From Octopus sinensis (Eukaryota), in assembly GCF_006345805.1 (NCBI RefSeq), contig NC_042999.1, positions 26,908,001 to 26,972,000 of the forward strand: 64,000 nucleotides of DNA, given 5' to 3'. The notes beneath the pieces are model-generated. The model was not told where the DNA came from. It saw only the letters and a list, made by a program, of their open reading frames with translations, and made no database searches. Within the stretch, counting starts at the first letter, position 1. Every line of letters starts with the position of its first letter. The position numbers and the translations under genes are program-made. Of this stretch, positions 37,060 to 50,640 are shown piece by piece.

Positions 37060-37980
37060 CGAATCACGTCATTTCGTCTGTCTTAATGTTCTACCTTCAT
37101 ATGCCACCGAGGTCGACTTTGCCGTCGATCTTTTCGAGGTCGATGAAGTAAGTACTCGTTGAGCAAGCAATAAGATCAATGTTATCAACTATTTCCCTGG
37201 CCCTAAACGTCAGGCTTTTTACCTCTAATAGAAAGGATTTTTAAAATCAATTAAGTAATTATTATTTATTGCTTAATCATAAGCTTTCGCTAATCGAAGT
37301 GTGTCAGTCATTAATAGTTCTCTTGTTTAAATTGAAATATACCGAGGCCCCTTAGTCTGCTATTGGAACAAGGTCTGAAATTTTGTGAAACGTTACTAGT
37401 CGATTATATCATACCTATTCTCGACTTGTACTTATTAGATAGACCGCGAAAGTTCAAGGGCAAATTTGACCGTGGTGGCATTTGGGCTCAGAACTTAAAG
37501 ACGAAAGAAATGATGATAAGTATTGTGTCCGGCGTGCAAGCGATTCTGCCTGGTCGCTGCCTTCCTACACGTTATCATTAAAGGTGATAAGATTGCGTGC
37601 GGAAATGGTTCATTTGAAGTATTAGCGTACTGTTGATTAACAAAGCATTTTAAAAACCAAACTATTATGGTTCGAATTCTGTCCTGTAAACTTCATTATT
37701 AACTATCTATTTCTTACATGGTTTAGGGAAATAATAGTTACATTAATATAATATTCTTCAGTAAAGGACAATCCTATGGTAATGTCTTCATCGTTAGCAT
37801 ATAATATTGGTCACAAATGTTGGCACACGACCAGTAATTTCGGTGGGAAAGGTTAGTCGATTATATCGAGCCCAATTATCAACTATTACTTATTTAATCG
37901 ATCTGCAGAATTTGAACGCAGCACGGACAAAACGCCGCTAAACAATTTTGTCTGGCATACTATTGATTCTTCATGTTTTC
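37060..37980. mobile_element. Cluster of three old SINE D-like copies (+ at about 37060-37230; - at about 37365-37560 and 37820-37980)
   Basis: Degenerate GAGGTCGACTTTGCC...GGTCGAT..AAGTAC motif in both orientations. Confidence 0.7.
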
Positions 37981-38561
37981 CACCTTTTGTAGGCCAATAA
38001 CAATAACAGGACTGAGGCATTGTGAAATTTAGCCTAACCTGACATTTGTCTCTTCTTCCTTATATGTAATTCAAATCACTAAAATATATTCTGTCTATTT
38101 TACCGTTAGCGACGATATGCATTTTTAAAATGAAAAACCAATAAGTTGGCTGCGAGAAGACCTTTTATATGTCTGATTCTTTTCCGTTCGTTTCCTTTAC
38201 ATTCATTTTAATCAATAATTTAGCCAGTAATTTATTGCTGGAAATATGTCATTACTTGATTTATTACAATATAAACAGAAAATATTAAAAAGCAGAAATG
38301 AAGTAACAGTAGTAAAGAACAGTTTCTTTTTTCTGATATAATCAATTTGTATTACACTCATACATTATTTAAAAAAATATGTGATAAAAAAAACGTCCAT
38401 TACTGTTCTTAGGCGCTTGCAAATATTTCTTGATTTTTATGATTTACTAACTGCAGCAAATATTAATATCAATATTACCAGTTGAAAGTGTGGGAATAGT
38501 TGAGAATATATATATATATATAAATACATGCACACAGATGTATATATAAATGTATATATAT

Positions 38562-38643
<82 letters not shown>

Positions 38644-38790
38644 AATCCAAAAGGGAAACAAAAAAAAAACAACAACAACAGGAACAATTACAGTATTATT
38701 ATTAATAGGCGCTCAGGAGATGGAAATATATATATATATACATACACACACGCAAACACATACAGAAACACACGCGAGCATATATCTATA

Positions 38791-39000
38791 TACTTTAACC
38801 TGATGGTGCTATGTTTTATTGGGAAGCCATACTAGTGTATTACACTATATATTGGTATCGATGTAGCGACGATTGAGATTTTGTCTAGGTAAATCTACCT
38901 AGGTCGTAGATTATTCACATGTGGGTTGTACATTTATTTAATGTTCATCCTACAAGTAAGATGGATTTTCCTATGTTTTCCGACCGCTAACATTTTGCCA

Positions 39001-39054
<54 letters not shown>

Positions 39055-39426
39055 GGAGAGAGTGAAGATTTACTATAGCGTCGTATATTATCGACTTCTA
39101 TTTCCCGTAAATATAGGTTCATTGATGTACCACTATGTATTTATACTTTAATCTGATGGTGTTTTCTTTTGCTGGAAAGCAATACAGCTCTTCTGCACTA
39201 TTAAGTTTTTCTTTGAAAGTTTTTTCGCTATCCTCAGTCAGTTAACGGCTACGCGTTTCAGACGTGTGTATACTGGTATTGATGTAGTAGCCACGTTTGA
39301 GATTTTGTCTAGGTAAATCTAGTCCGATGAGAAATAAGGAAATTTACGTTAACAAATATAATTTGGAAAGCTCGAAACCACATATGGGTTATACATTTAT
39401 TTAACGTTCTTTCTGCAAGTAAAATG
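38791..39426 (+). repeat. Diverged tandem duplication (38791-38963 and 39144-39426)
   Basis: Shared blocks TACTTTAA.CTGATGGTG, TTGAGATTTTGTCTAGGTAAATCTA and CACAT.TGGGTT.TACATTTATTTAA in the same order. Confidence 0.8.
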
Positions 39427-40272
39427 AAAATGTTAGTGCATTCTTGTACCATTATCTTACATATATATATATATATACACCACTGGTTTTTTAAGCTATT
39501 TGCAATATAGTGTAGGATCTGTGAAATCTATTGAACACGTCTTATAGTAAAATTATGCACAATAACTTCTCTCACTCTTGATTCTAAGAAATAATGTTAT
39601 TGATTCACGATTTACATTCCATCGTATATAGCGATTGATTGTTCGTTTAGCTGAAAAAGGAATTATGTTATATCAAACTATAGCTCAGTTATAATTATTA
39701 ATAGGGAGACAATGATAAAGAACTACAAATTGAAGTGAAACTTTGAAAAAGGTATGTAGAAGTAAAACGCGAAGTAAAATAAGATGACGAAATAGAAGTA
39801 AAGCAAGATATGTGAAGTGGAAAAATAAGCCGAACAGCATGAAGTGAGAGAAATAGATAAGAACAAAGAAAAGGGATGTGAATGAGAAGAGTGTAATGAA
39901 ATTGTGGTCTCCGTAGAAGAAATAATGAGAAAAGAAACGTTTGAGGGAACGAATATGAAGAAGAAAACGGAGTTGTAGATGATGTGGAGAAATAATTTGA
40001 AAATACAGTGGTATAATTATTTTGGTATGCGTTTGGTAACTGAGTATTTGAATATAGAAACGGACTATAAAATTTGGAAATGTATATATTAATTGACATT
40101 TGCCATTGGAAAGTCACATTTTACTACAGATCTAAATGCAATAAATCACCGCAAAGTACTGATACCGAACACCACATAGGTAATTTCCAATAAACTAATT
40201 TGACTCTCCAGTGTCTTAATTTTTTTTTTTTAACTTATCAATTTTTAATATAAACTTTTTAATTCATTAACA

Positions 40273-40335
<63 letters not shown>

Positions 40336-40410
40336 CGCCATGTTGATTCGTTAGCTACTGCACGCATTTTTTTTTCTCTCCTTCTTTCTGTGTTTTTCTC
40401 TCTCTCTGTA

Positions 40411-40448
40411 TCTTTCTGTTGAAGAGCGTAGGCTCGAAACGTTAAAGA
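40411..40448 (+). ncRNA. Minimal type I hammerhead-ribozyme-like motif (Penelope-type), variant core
   Basis: TCTTT-CTGTTGA-A-GAGC(GTAG)GCTC-GAAA-CG-TT-AAAGA: stem I TCTTT/AAAGA, perfect stem II, loopless stem III, GUU triplet. Core position 6 is U rather than A. Confidence 0.6.
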
Positions 40449-40449
40449 C

Positions 40450-40545
40450 TTGTTTTATTTATATTTCCTGAGCGCCATACTAATACAATTGTTCGTTTGT
40501 TTTCCAGCTGCCTTCGTCTTTTGTTTATTTTCATAAAGCTTCCCG

Positions 40546-40550
<5 letters not shown>
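40450..40550 (+). repeat. 101-bp repeat, copy 1 (copy 2 at 42978-43078)
   Basis: 1 mismatch between copies; both run into (TA)n at the 3' side; copy 1 directly follows the hammerhead motif. Confidence 0.93.
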
Positions 40551-40604
<54 letters not shown>

Positions 40605-41714
40605 TACCTATGTGTATAAGTACATAAGTATATAATAGTGCATATGTACATTTATATATATGTGCATCTATAAATATATGTATACATAATTTTTTTCTCT
40701 CACTGATTCAGCATTCCCCACTATCACTTTAGCTGCTATAATAAATGCCTACATTTATTTTTAGTAACTTCACCATCATATCTTATTGTACTTCTTTTCT
40801 TTTTGGGGGTTTACTACTCACTTTTAGTACACCCCATCACCATTTTCTTTGCTTATCTCTCCACCTTAGTTTCTTTCAAACATATAACACCACCTCCCAC
40901 TTGTCACACATATTCCTTCCTTACATTCTTATCTCTTTCTTTCATTCTTGCATTCTTTCTTTCTTCTTTCCTCCCCTATTCCTTTTGACGAATACCATTT
41001 TCCCTCTTCTAACATTCATATCTATTCTCTTCTTTCTATCAACGCACCCCTATCAGTACTTCCTTAAAATTTCATTCACACCACAAGGCACCTCTGAATG
41101 ACCAGCACATAGAATTAATGTATCCACGCTATACATTTGTAATAACAAAATATGAACTCCTATCGGAATTTACATATCATGACGGAGAAGCCTTTCTACC
41201 CGTTCTACACAAAACTTTCCTTGGATAATGGAACTGCAACTGTAACATCCAACATATATTTTTATCTTTATTATCTTATTTCCCTTTATAATTCCTATAT
41301 CTATCACATCTTTCAATGAACTCTACTATTACCCTCTATTTAACTCCCTCATATCGTCCCTGATGAAAGGATAGCCCTCATATCCCTGCACCAGCTGTAA
41401 AACTACCTTTCTCCTTATAAATGTCCTAGAAATGTCACACCGCCTTGGCTTTATTGTTTTATTTTATTTAACATATACATGCTCACACACGACCCGCATT
41501 GGATTTCTCACTCATACTATTATCGAACCAGGAGTATAACTACGGTCCTCCCGGAGCTCTTACATAGCCTTACCTGCAATTTTGGGTATTCTGGATACCA
41601 GAACCTCTTATATACTCATATAGAAATACATATATTCATGCACACATCTGTATCTACGAAGGTATAATAAAAGAAAGGAAATAACTCTCGTTTTCCTAAA
41701 TACAATAGCAGTGA

Positions 41715-41715
<1 letters not shown>

Positions 41716-41772
<57 letters not shown>
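41716..41772. repeat. (AGT)n microsatellite
   Basis: Trinucleotide run. Confidence 0.95.
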
Positions 41773-41774
<2 letters not shown>

Positions 41775-42669
41775 CAGCAGCTGTAGCAGTAGCAATCTCA
41801 TGATCAAGGTGCTTAATATAATGAAGTACGGCAGGGGTGAAAAGGATATGAAAGTAAGCTGGTAAAAAAACATATGCATTGATTCTCTTTGTATTCATAC
41901 AATAAATTTAATTCGATGAAATAAATATCATGCTTGACTGGTATTGACTTTGAATAGCTTTCACTTCATACCTCACTGTAAAACAAAAGCTGTACATTAT
42001 TGACAGTTTCAACAATAAGCGGTGAGAATAAATGGAAACTTACAGAAAATATAACTTAATATCAATTATTATCTGGTACCGATGTTGCAATATTTCTTTT
42101 GGTTAATATCTTGTTTTCCTTCATGAAAGAAACAGATGAAAGCCTCAAATGATGGCGTTGCATATAATATTGTAGTGCTGAGTGAATCTTTTCACGTCTT
42201 TGAGAAGTATCCGAATCCACTATAACAAGTACAAACTAGAGGACGCATTGGATAATATTCTTACATAGATTATGTTATGAAAACAGTGAAATGCTTACTG
42301 AGAGAATGAGGTTTAATGACAGAGCTAGGATAACTTTCATCATATCAGAAGCGAACTGAGCTCACTGAACTAAAACGCCTAAATGTTCACAAGCACTGGG
42401 TGTTAGTTCAGCATTTTCTTACTAACACTGGTATTTATTATTATGTTGCGTGCTTGAAGACATAGTTGAATCTCTAGTAACAATGGAGTGAGTGTTTAAC
42501 TGACTGCAAATAGATAATCCACATCATACATCAAATACATTTTCTCATATTCATTCAACCATATATACATACATAATGATATACGTGTGGGTATACATAT
42601 AGGCATACATACAGGGACATATATATATATATATATATAAATATAGTAAAAGTAAATATATATACACAG

Positions 42670-42753
<84 letters not shown>

Positions 42754-42785
42754 ATATATATACAGTTATATATATATATAAACTG

Positions 42786-42961
42786 ATATTGTTATATTTC
42801 GAAATGGTCATTTTGCCAGTTTAGCCAATAACTCTGGCCGAACTAAGATTAAGATTAATGTAAAAAGTAAATAACACTGAACCAAAATAACACCAAATAT
42901 ATAGTGCGTGTGTTTTTATTGGCTAAACTGGCAAAATGACTATTCCGAAATATAGCAATAT
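42786..42961. mobile_element. MITE with 46-bp TIRs
   Basis: 42786-42831 vs 42916-42961 are inverted repeats with 3 mismatches. Confidence 0.85.
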
Positions 42962-42977
42962 ATACATATATACATAT

Positions 42978-43078
42978 TTGTTTTATTTATATTTCCTGAG
43001 CGCCATACTAATACAATTGTTCGTTTGTTTTCCACCTGCCTTCGTCTTTTGTTTATTTTCATAAAGCTTCCCGTTATA
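42978..43078 (+). repeat. 101-bp repeat, copy 2
   Basis: Matches 40450-40550. Confidence 0.93.
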
Positions 43079-43145
43079 TATATATATATATACATGCAAT
43101 AATAAATCTCTGAACGAGGTATAAACAGTAGCTACTCGAAAATTC

Positions 43146-43328
43146 GAAGTATATTTGCCATCTAAATATGGCTAACCACTAAGGGTGAATGTTACTGTAG
43201 CTTGCAAATACCGATAGGGCACAAAAAGTGTGTCAATAACCAGCTGGAGAACACGTTCTTTAGGGGCTACATGCTACAGTAACATTTACCCTTAGTGGTT
43301 AGCCACATTCAGATGGCAAATATACTTC
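43146..43328. mobile_element. MITE / hairpin element with 56-bp TIRs
   Basis: 43146-43201 vs 43273-43328 are inverted repeats with 3 mismatches and a 71-bp spacer. Confidence 0.85.
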
Positions 43329-45499
43329 ACATATATATACATGTATTTGTCTAAATATGTGTATATAGATATATGTATGGAAGCGTGCATAGAATCACAC
43401 TTGTAATTACCTACTTTGACTATCTACACATAAGTTACGTGCAATTTAGAGGGGAGTATGGAATGGTCTGATATTCAAGCTAATGCAAGTGCATTACTTG
43501 CGTAAACCAAAATAAATTAATTTTAATGATGTAGCAATTTCATTTTGAAAGCACAGCTTCCAAGAATGTTCGGTCCTTTATCGACCACTTTAGTTCAAGA
43601 ATAAATATTAGATACTTTATACTAGTTCATTTAGCAAAGATATGGGCACTGAATTCACTTCATAGGGGATTTGTTTATATAGCTGCTGCTCGGACCAGAA
43701 GATCATGAAATAGGCAATTAATTTCGCATCGTTGATATCGCTAGTTATCGCATATGATTATTGAAAGAGACCGAATATGGAAGATGCAGGAATGTTTATT
43801 AATCCCAACAACTGCTTGGAGCACACAACCCCAACTTTTGCAACTGATTTTTACTGAATTTCTATAATAATGAAATTGTATCCCTTAATTTGCTGCTTTT
43901 GTATACACATACCGAGATTTAAGCTTGCAGAACAGACGTTAGTTTAACAAGATAATCTTGTAATCACTTGAACAGACACATCTACACCGACAGATGCAAC
44001 TAAACCTGTAGTTTAGTAGTTCACCTGCGAGGGATCGTTGCTAGATGGGTCGAATCAGTTATTGTGATCAATAAAATCTTTCGTACTTTCGATATTCAGT
44101 CTCTCTCGTTCATCAAATTCGCAACAAACTCTGTGAAAGCGAAGGTGCTTTACCTGTAAGCTATCCGGGTGTATAACATTCGATTTATTATCTAATGTTA
44201 TTTGACTCTGGTGAAAACATACATGACAGAATTTTGCAAACCTGAAACCATACTGAATATAACCTATGTCATTATATAAATTACATTTATTTTCACAGCC
44301 TTATGGGAATATCCAGTACATTAATTCCGTCTGAAATAAAATATATGGCACACCAGACTACTCACAACATGAGCAACTAGACTACCTGGTGTTATATAAT
44401 GCCAGTTACATTTGATGTGTCTGTATTTTCAGTATCAAATTTAATAACAATTTATTTTAGGCAAGCTATAAAATGAAGCTTCCTAGTGTAAAATATCTTA
44501 GTTAAATAGCTCAATTATATGTCGTAACATATTGTTATATTTCCAGAAATACACATTAAGTAATATTTTGGAATTACACACCTTTAGAAGAATAGATGAT
44601 AATAGGCATAACAATTTTAAAATAGTGTAATATATGCAGTTCCGTATCAGAAATTTTGCTATAAAAGAGAGACGCGTAATAGATGTTACATAAGGAGAGG
44701 GCGTAATAAAACGGTGATAAATGTCAAATCTATTACGAAGCAAAACAATGATAGGTGCTAATCGTTAAATAACTTTTATAATTTTCGTGTAGATGGTGAA
44801 TAAGACAAGATCTAAATGAGTTTGTATAAAATACTGTGTATAGCCTACAAGATGCACTAAAAGATATTGAATTACAAAAGATGTTTATCTCGTAGTTTCA
44901 AGCTCGATGCCTCTCAGTAGTTCATTGAGAAACTCTTTAGTATGATATTCACGGGTTAACTGAAACCTTTAATTTTACATTGTGTGAGGAAAACCATTTT
45001 GAAACCAATACTGTCGCTTATGTGGGCATTAGGCAGATTTCATGTATCTGATTCAGATCGCTAGTCGGGCTATAACTGCCTTCTTGTCACACGTAATGTA
45101 GATGAGTTGAACGCAACTGGCATTTCTCTTTATGATTACCTCACCTACTTTTTAGGTACTGTAAGATCTTTTATATTTTGATGATTTCAGGCAGCCAGCA
45201 TTTTTCTATAATTTTACTGATGGAAGCCTTAGTAAAATGGTACTTGCCCTTACTAAAGATACTTATTTTGAAACTGTAACTCCATCAGATATTTCTCGTT
45301 TTTATACACATGATTGTAGGGCTGAGACTGAAGAGTAGGAAAAGCATCGCAGATGATAACTTTTCAGAACAAAATGAATTTTACATCGGATCAGAGACCT
45401 GCACAGATAGCTTGCAAAATAGTGGGCTTGAATAGGATGAAGGAATTAATCTGTATATGTGTGTGTATGTCTGCTTGTATGTATATGCATGCATATTAG

Positions 45500-45665
45500 T
45501 AAGAGCAGTATCTTGGCGGAATCAGTACAGCATCAGACAAAGTGCTTTGCAATATTTCTTCCGGCTCAACGTTTTAAGTTCAAACCTCATCCTGGCCAAC
45601 TTTGCCTTTCATCTCGCAGAGAAGGAAAGGATCAGTCCAGTAACGGAGTCAATAGTATCGATTCA
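45500..45665 (+). mobile_element. Old SINE D-like copy
   Basis: GGCGGAATC...AAGTTCAAA...AACTTTGCCTTTCATC. Confidence 0.65.
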
Positions 45666-48600
45666 CCTACTTCACCATAATTTAACACAACTATATCAAT
45701 AATACTAGCTACTATGAACACTAAATCTACCAACTACCATCTTACATGTAACCATAGTAACAAGGAATAACATCATCTTTAACTGGAGACACTGTTTTTA
45801 TGCCTTAATTAAGTTTGGTTCGCACATTATCCACATACTACATCTGGTCAACTATGCTGCACTTTATGAAGCGGGGCTCTATAAACTTGCTTTAAATAGA
45901 TTCTTGATCAGTGAGAGTTTTTAATAAATATCTCAATGACTTTATTCAATGTTTCTTACCTAGTCATTAACATATTCGCAGTTGCTGGATTTTGCCGCAA
46001 TAATGAACTACTAAGTGAATCATTAGGAATCAATTACCAAAGACGAATTTGAATGCAATTCATACTAAGTAACCAGACGAAGCCGATGTTAGTCTCTTTA
46101 CCTTCTAGGAAAGACAAATAAACCGTACTAAAACCTCACCTTACTATCTTTAAAATTTTAAAGATTAATATAACCCGATATTGCTCAGAGTAAACTATAA
46201 CTACAAAAATAGACGAGATACAGTTTGAATGACATTCGTAAAGATGGCCTAGATAAAGGTCCAATCGAGGTTAAACACCACACACAACAAAAACTCTAAC
46301 AAATTTGTGTTTAAATTCATACTTTGCCCTTTGCATTTTGTCGATACACGGAATGAACTTCTGCTTGGCATCGTGCAACGCAGATCTTTTTTCTACATTT
46401 CTATGAATCAGGTAAATCTTTGTGTAAAAAAGTAAACGCTATTAAATTATTAAAGCAATTACTAACAAATAGCCACGTCTGTGAATTCAAAACACCAAAA
46501 TTACCAAAAAAAAAACATGCCGTCGACATCAAAGGAAACCCTTTCAGATGCTTTCAAAGCGCATATGGACATTTCAGAGTTAATTATGTAGTGAGAATAT
46601 CGAAAGTTCTATAAACCGATTCATTTCAAATTGCTATCATTACTATATTCATGATAGTTGTTATTCCGAACAAACCTCATAATCTGTTCAAAGAACGTGG
46701 CATTGAATGTTGAAGTTACCAAATTGTGTTCAAAGTCGCTGTTTTCATGGAAATGTCATACACATTTTGTAAAGTTCCATCGTTATTCAGACTGTGGCTT
46801 CGTCTGAGACACGTACAATAAATGCAAAATATTTTCAGACACGTACAATAAACACTGAGATTTATTTTATTTTGTTAATCGTCAACATTTTCAGACGTCT
46901 CTCATTTTCTAGTGATTGTTCTCAAATATAGTCCTCCTAATTATATTACAATTTTCCTGACCTCTCATTATATTTATAAGTATGAGGACATTATTAAGGA
47001 ACAATCGCTATGTATTATGTATGATACTGCAACAAAGTATTTTTAGATTTGTGTTCAGGATATATCTCAGTTACTGTGCGTGAACGTATTCACAAAGATA
47101 TTACTTGTGTGTTTCTGTATGTGTATCTGTGCATGTTTGCTCATGTGTGTATGTGTATATGTGTATATGTGTGTGCGCTTGTGTGTGTGTATAGGAAAAA
47201 GATACGTAATTATGCACAAATATATACATTAGGTTACGCATTGTATGTAAGCTGAATTTACATAGATTACAACTATTAGCTTCTTGTTCACTGATTGTCC
47301 ATCAATCAATGTAATGAGATAACTTCGTATGTGCATATAAGGTATGAGTTTTAAGACCATTGACAATACAAAACTATTCTATGTAATCAATATATTAATG
47401 GCTGACTCTATCCTTCGGTTAATCAACTCAACGACGGAAATTGTGTTTTTTTTCTAATGAAACACACATGCATAATATTCTTGTATAGATTACGGGACTA
47501 TGCCATTTTCAGTTGCTAGATAATTCTAAATATTCGGAGAGTTATTTCTTGTTAAAACAATATAAATATCAATTTCGCCGTTCTGTTCAAGATGGATCTT
47601 TTATAAAACTTTAGATTCGTTTTTCCTGAAAGAGTAGCGTCTGAACCCTATGTACACTATTTTATAATGCGTTGCATGTTGTATCATATTCTAAACAATT
47701 TTATCATTTTAAATACCTACATACTTTCCTCAACCTACATCCAAACATTTTCGGAAATTTTCAAAGAATGATGATCAAATTGCATGTCACATTAAATTTC
47801 TGTTGCAAAAATATTGTTGCTTACTAAACGATCAATTGTAAATATATTTACCGTGATAACTATTGATTTTAATTTATATGAATTACTTAATTTGGAATTT
47901 ATGAGATTGAGGCACATGTGTATGACATATTCTGTGCCAAAATGTCTGTGAACTTTTTTAAATATTTTTAATGTTTTCTATCTGCGTTGGAAAATTATGC
48001 TCACACCTGAAGTGAAATTTAATATTATTTCTATTAAACATTTTACTGATATGATATTTTAGAAAGTATATATCTAATAGAAAAAAGATGTTTAGTGATA
48101 CATGTACACTCATTAAAACTGAATGGAGCATTGATCCAACTCATATTTTTGTACTTAATAAATCAATATATAATATAATATACTTTATGTCGCAATACGC
48201 TTCGTTTTAACACTTCATCGTAGTAAATGGAAACGTTATTAAAGGAATAAATATCTATTGGCTGAAATGCTAGATACTCGTATACTAATAATGTTTTGTA
48301 AAGTATTAATTAAACGGGTAGTTTTAGGAGATAACTATGCATTCTATCTTTTCATTTTTTTTCTCAAAACCATGAATAACAATTTGTTTTAAGATTTATG
48401 ATATTATCTTGAAAATTAACTATATGTAAATTTGCTTCAACTGATTTCCTCTAGGTTTACGTTTGGTAATTAATAGATATTGATTTATTGTATTCGTATA
48501 AGATACTATGCACCGCTAATGTACTGCATCTGTATTTTTATGACCATATGTATGCATGAATGTATATGTGTATATATATATAAAATTAATAATACGTTTT

Positions 48601-48701
48601 AGATTGTATCACGATTTATAGATTCTTTTTGTTTAAGCCTGGCTAAGTTCTGATCGAGAAAACCAATAATATTAAATACACTTGTTTCTGTTCCTGTTCA
48701 G

Positions 48702-48749
48702 TCCTCTGTGCACCATGTGAGAAGATGCATTTTTCCATCGACACGATTT
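48702..48749 (+). other. Candidate 48-nt internal coding exon (unverified)
   Basis: CTTGTTTCTGTTCCTGTTCAG|exon|GTGAGT, both sites close to consensus; phase 1-1; reads LCAPCEKMHFSIDTI. Confidence 0.25.
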
Positions 48750-49002
48750 GTGAGTAAGCAGTGCTTAGCAAGGCTTCTGTGGAATTCGAATTAAGAAGCT
48801 GCTTTTGATTTGATAAGTATATTTCATTGGTCACCTGCTGTCAAATAATTACCCGGCACAAGATGTTTAAGGTAATATATGTTGATGCAAGTACACCTTT
48901 TGGGTCTTTGGATGGAAAATAACGTATACATTTCGGACCAAAACTGAGACACTAAAATTTTCCTTCATATAATTGATATTAATGAATAACTATGGTCGGT
49001 GT

Positions 49003-49200
49003 CTTGCCAGAATCGTTAGGGCGCCGGGCAAAATGCTTTGTGGCATTTCGTCCGTCTTCATGTTCAACTTCCGTCAAGCTCGATTTGACCTTTCTTTCTT
49101 TGGAGGTCGATAACATAAATATCAGTTGAACACTGGGGTCGATGTTTATCGATTTATCCCCTTCCAAGTAACTGCTGGCCTCGTGTCAAAATTTGAAATC
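49003..49200 (+). mobile_element. Old SINE D copy
   Basis: GCCAGAATCGTTAG...GGCATTTCGTCCG...GGTCGATAA...CACTGGGGTCGATGTT. Confidence 0.85.
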
Positions 49201-50336
49201 GATATTAAAAAGTATCCTAATAACTCATCGTATATTTCTGAGGCGGAATTTGCGATACATGTTTCATCATTAAAGACTGTGTCGAGTTTAGTGACAGAGA
49301 TACTTTAATGGTATGTCATGTAGCAAGAGATTTTTAGGGAGTAGCTAACGTTGTAATGTATAACGGAAAAGGGATAGACCATCTGATCGTGGCATTTATG
49401 ATACAGCTCCTGTCACCTCAGTAAAGCCATTTATGCCGTGGGGGTGGATAGAAACCAGATAAGTTCTGATCGGGAAAAGAATGGGAGCTGACATCACTTT
49501 GTAGGTGAGAATTAAATAGTTTATTTAATCAGTAAGAGAGAACTTCAACTGAAAATACAACTTGTAGATCTGAAGCACGATCATCAATATTTAGTATAAT
49601 TATTTAGTAATATTTTAGTACATATGTTCGTACTTCTACTGATCACTAAAGAATCATGTAACAACATCATCTACACTTGCCGAGGAATGAACATATATGC
49701 CACGTGCATTTTGCGATGCTGCAGATATGACGTGTAGTGTTCCTCCTAATATATATTCATAATCTGTAATAAAACTACGACACGTTTACCGTTATATACA
49801 TCGACATCTAATTATGCTCACATAGCTATCGAGATACCGAGGGAGCAAGTATATGGTCATTTATTCCTGATAGAAATTGCGTTAAAATCTCTTCAATGGG
49901 ATATTGTCGCGCAGCGGGAACAGAGCAGTAAATACATACATATATATTCAAAACTGCATTCAAATACATATAAAAAGCTTTATTAAACACAAAACATATT
50001 CATTACTTGACTACTTCTACTCATGTTGCGGTACTATGTTTGTACATGTTTCTGTTGTACAGAATTCCATGTACAGTGTCGTTCAATTCGGCCCACTCTT
50101 CGATCTCAGCATCTTTTCCGTGTCACATTGTTAGAACATTATAAAATAGAAATATTTCACTATAGAATTTCAAATAACTCAAAGATTTCTCAAACATTTT
50201 AGAATAACATTTTGAGGTTCAATCTGATTAAGCAATCCAGTGAAAATGATGCTAAAATATCGCTAGGACTTTTAGAGAAAATAGTCAAATATCCCTCAAA
50301 ACAGACCAAAAGAATTATTGTGGCTAATGTAACATT

Positions 50337-50640
50337 TGTTCGTTCCTTCTCGAGCCATGCCTGGCTCATAAAAGCCGGTTTCCCGGTTTCCTTGGAGTAT
50401 AGGTTCCCCACCTGGATGGGACGCCGGTCCTTCGCAGGTGAGCTGCAAGATGCAGGAGGAAAGAGTGAGGGAAAGTTGTGGCGAAAGAGTCAGCAGAAAT
50501 TCGCCATTACCTTCTGCCGGAGCCGCGTGGAGCTTAGGTATTTCGCTCATAAACACATACATCGTCCGGTCTGATATTCGAACCCGCGATCCCTCGACGG
50601 CGAGTCCGCTGCTCTATCCACTAGGCCACGTGCCTCCACA
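50337..50640 (-). mobile_element. tRNA-derived SINE, family A, full length
   Basis: Homologous to 56766-57065; imperfect TSD TAATGTAACATT (50325-50336) and TAATGTAAACATT (50641-50653). Confidence 0.92.

Noticed and set aside
43104-43145. CTGAACGAG...CTCGAAA hammerhead look-alike (start also seen near 733-751)
   Set aside because: The core has an extra base, and no stem I or stem III can be formed.
48643-48834. Minus-strand 63-aa frame with a CAG acceptor
   Set aside because: No good donor and no homology; the overlapping plus-strand candidate has better splice sites.
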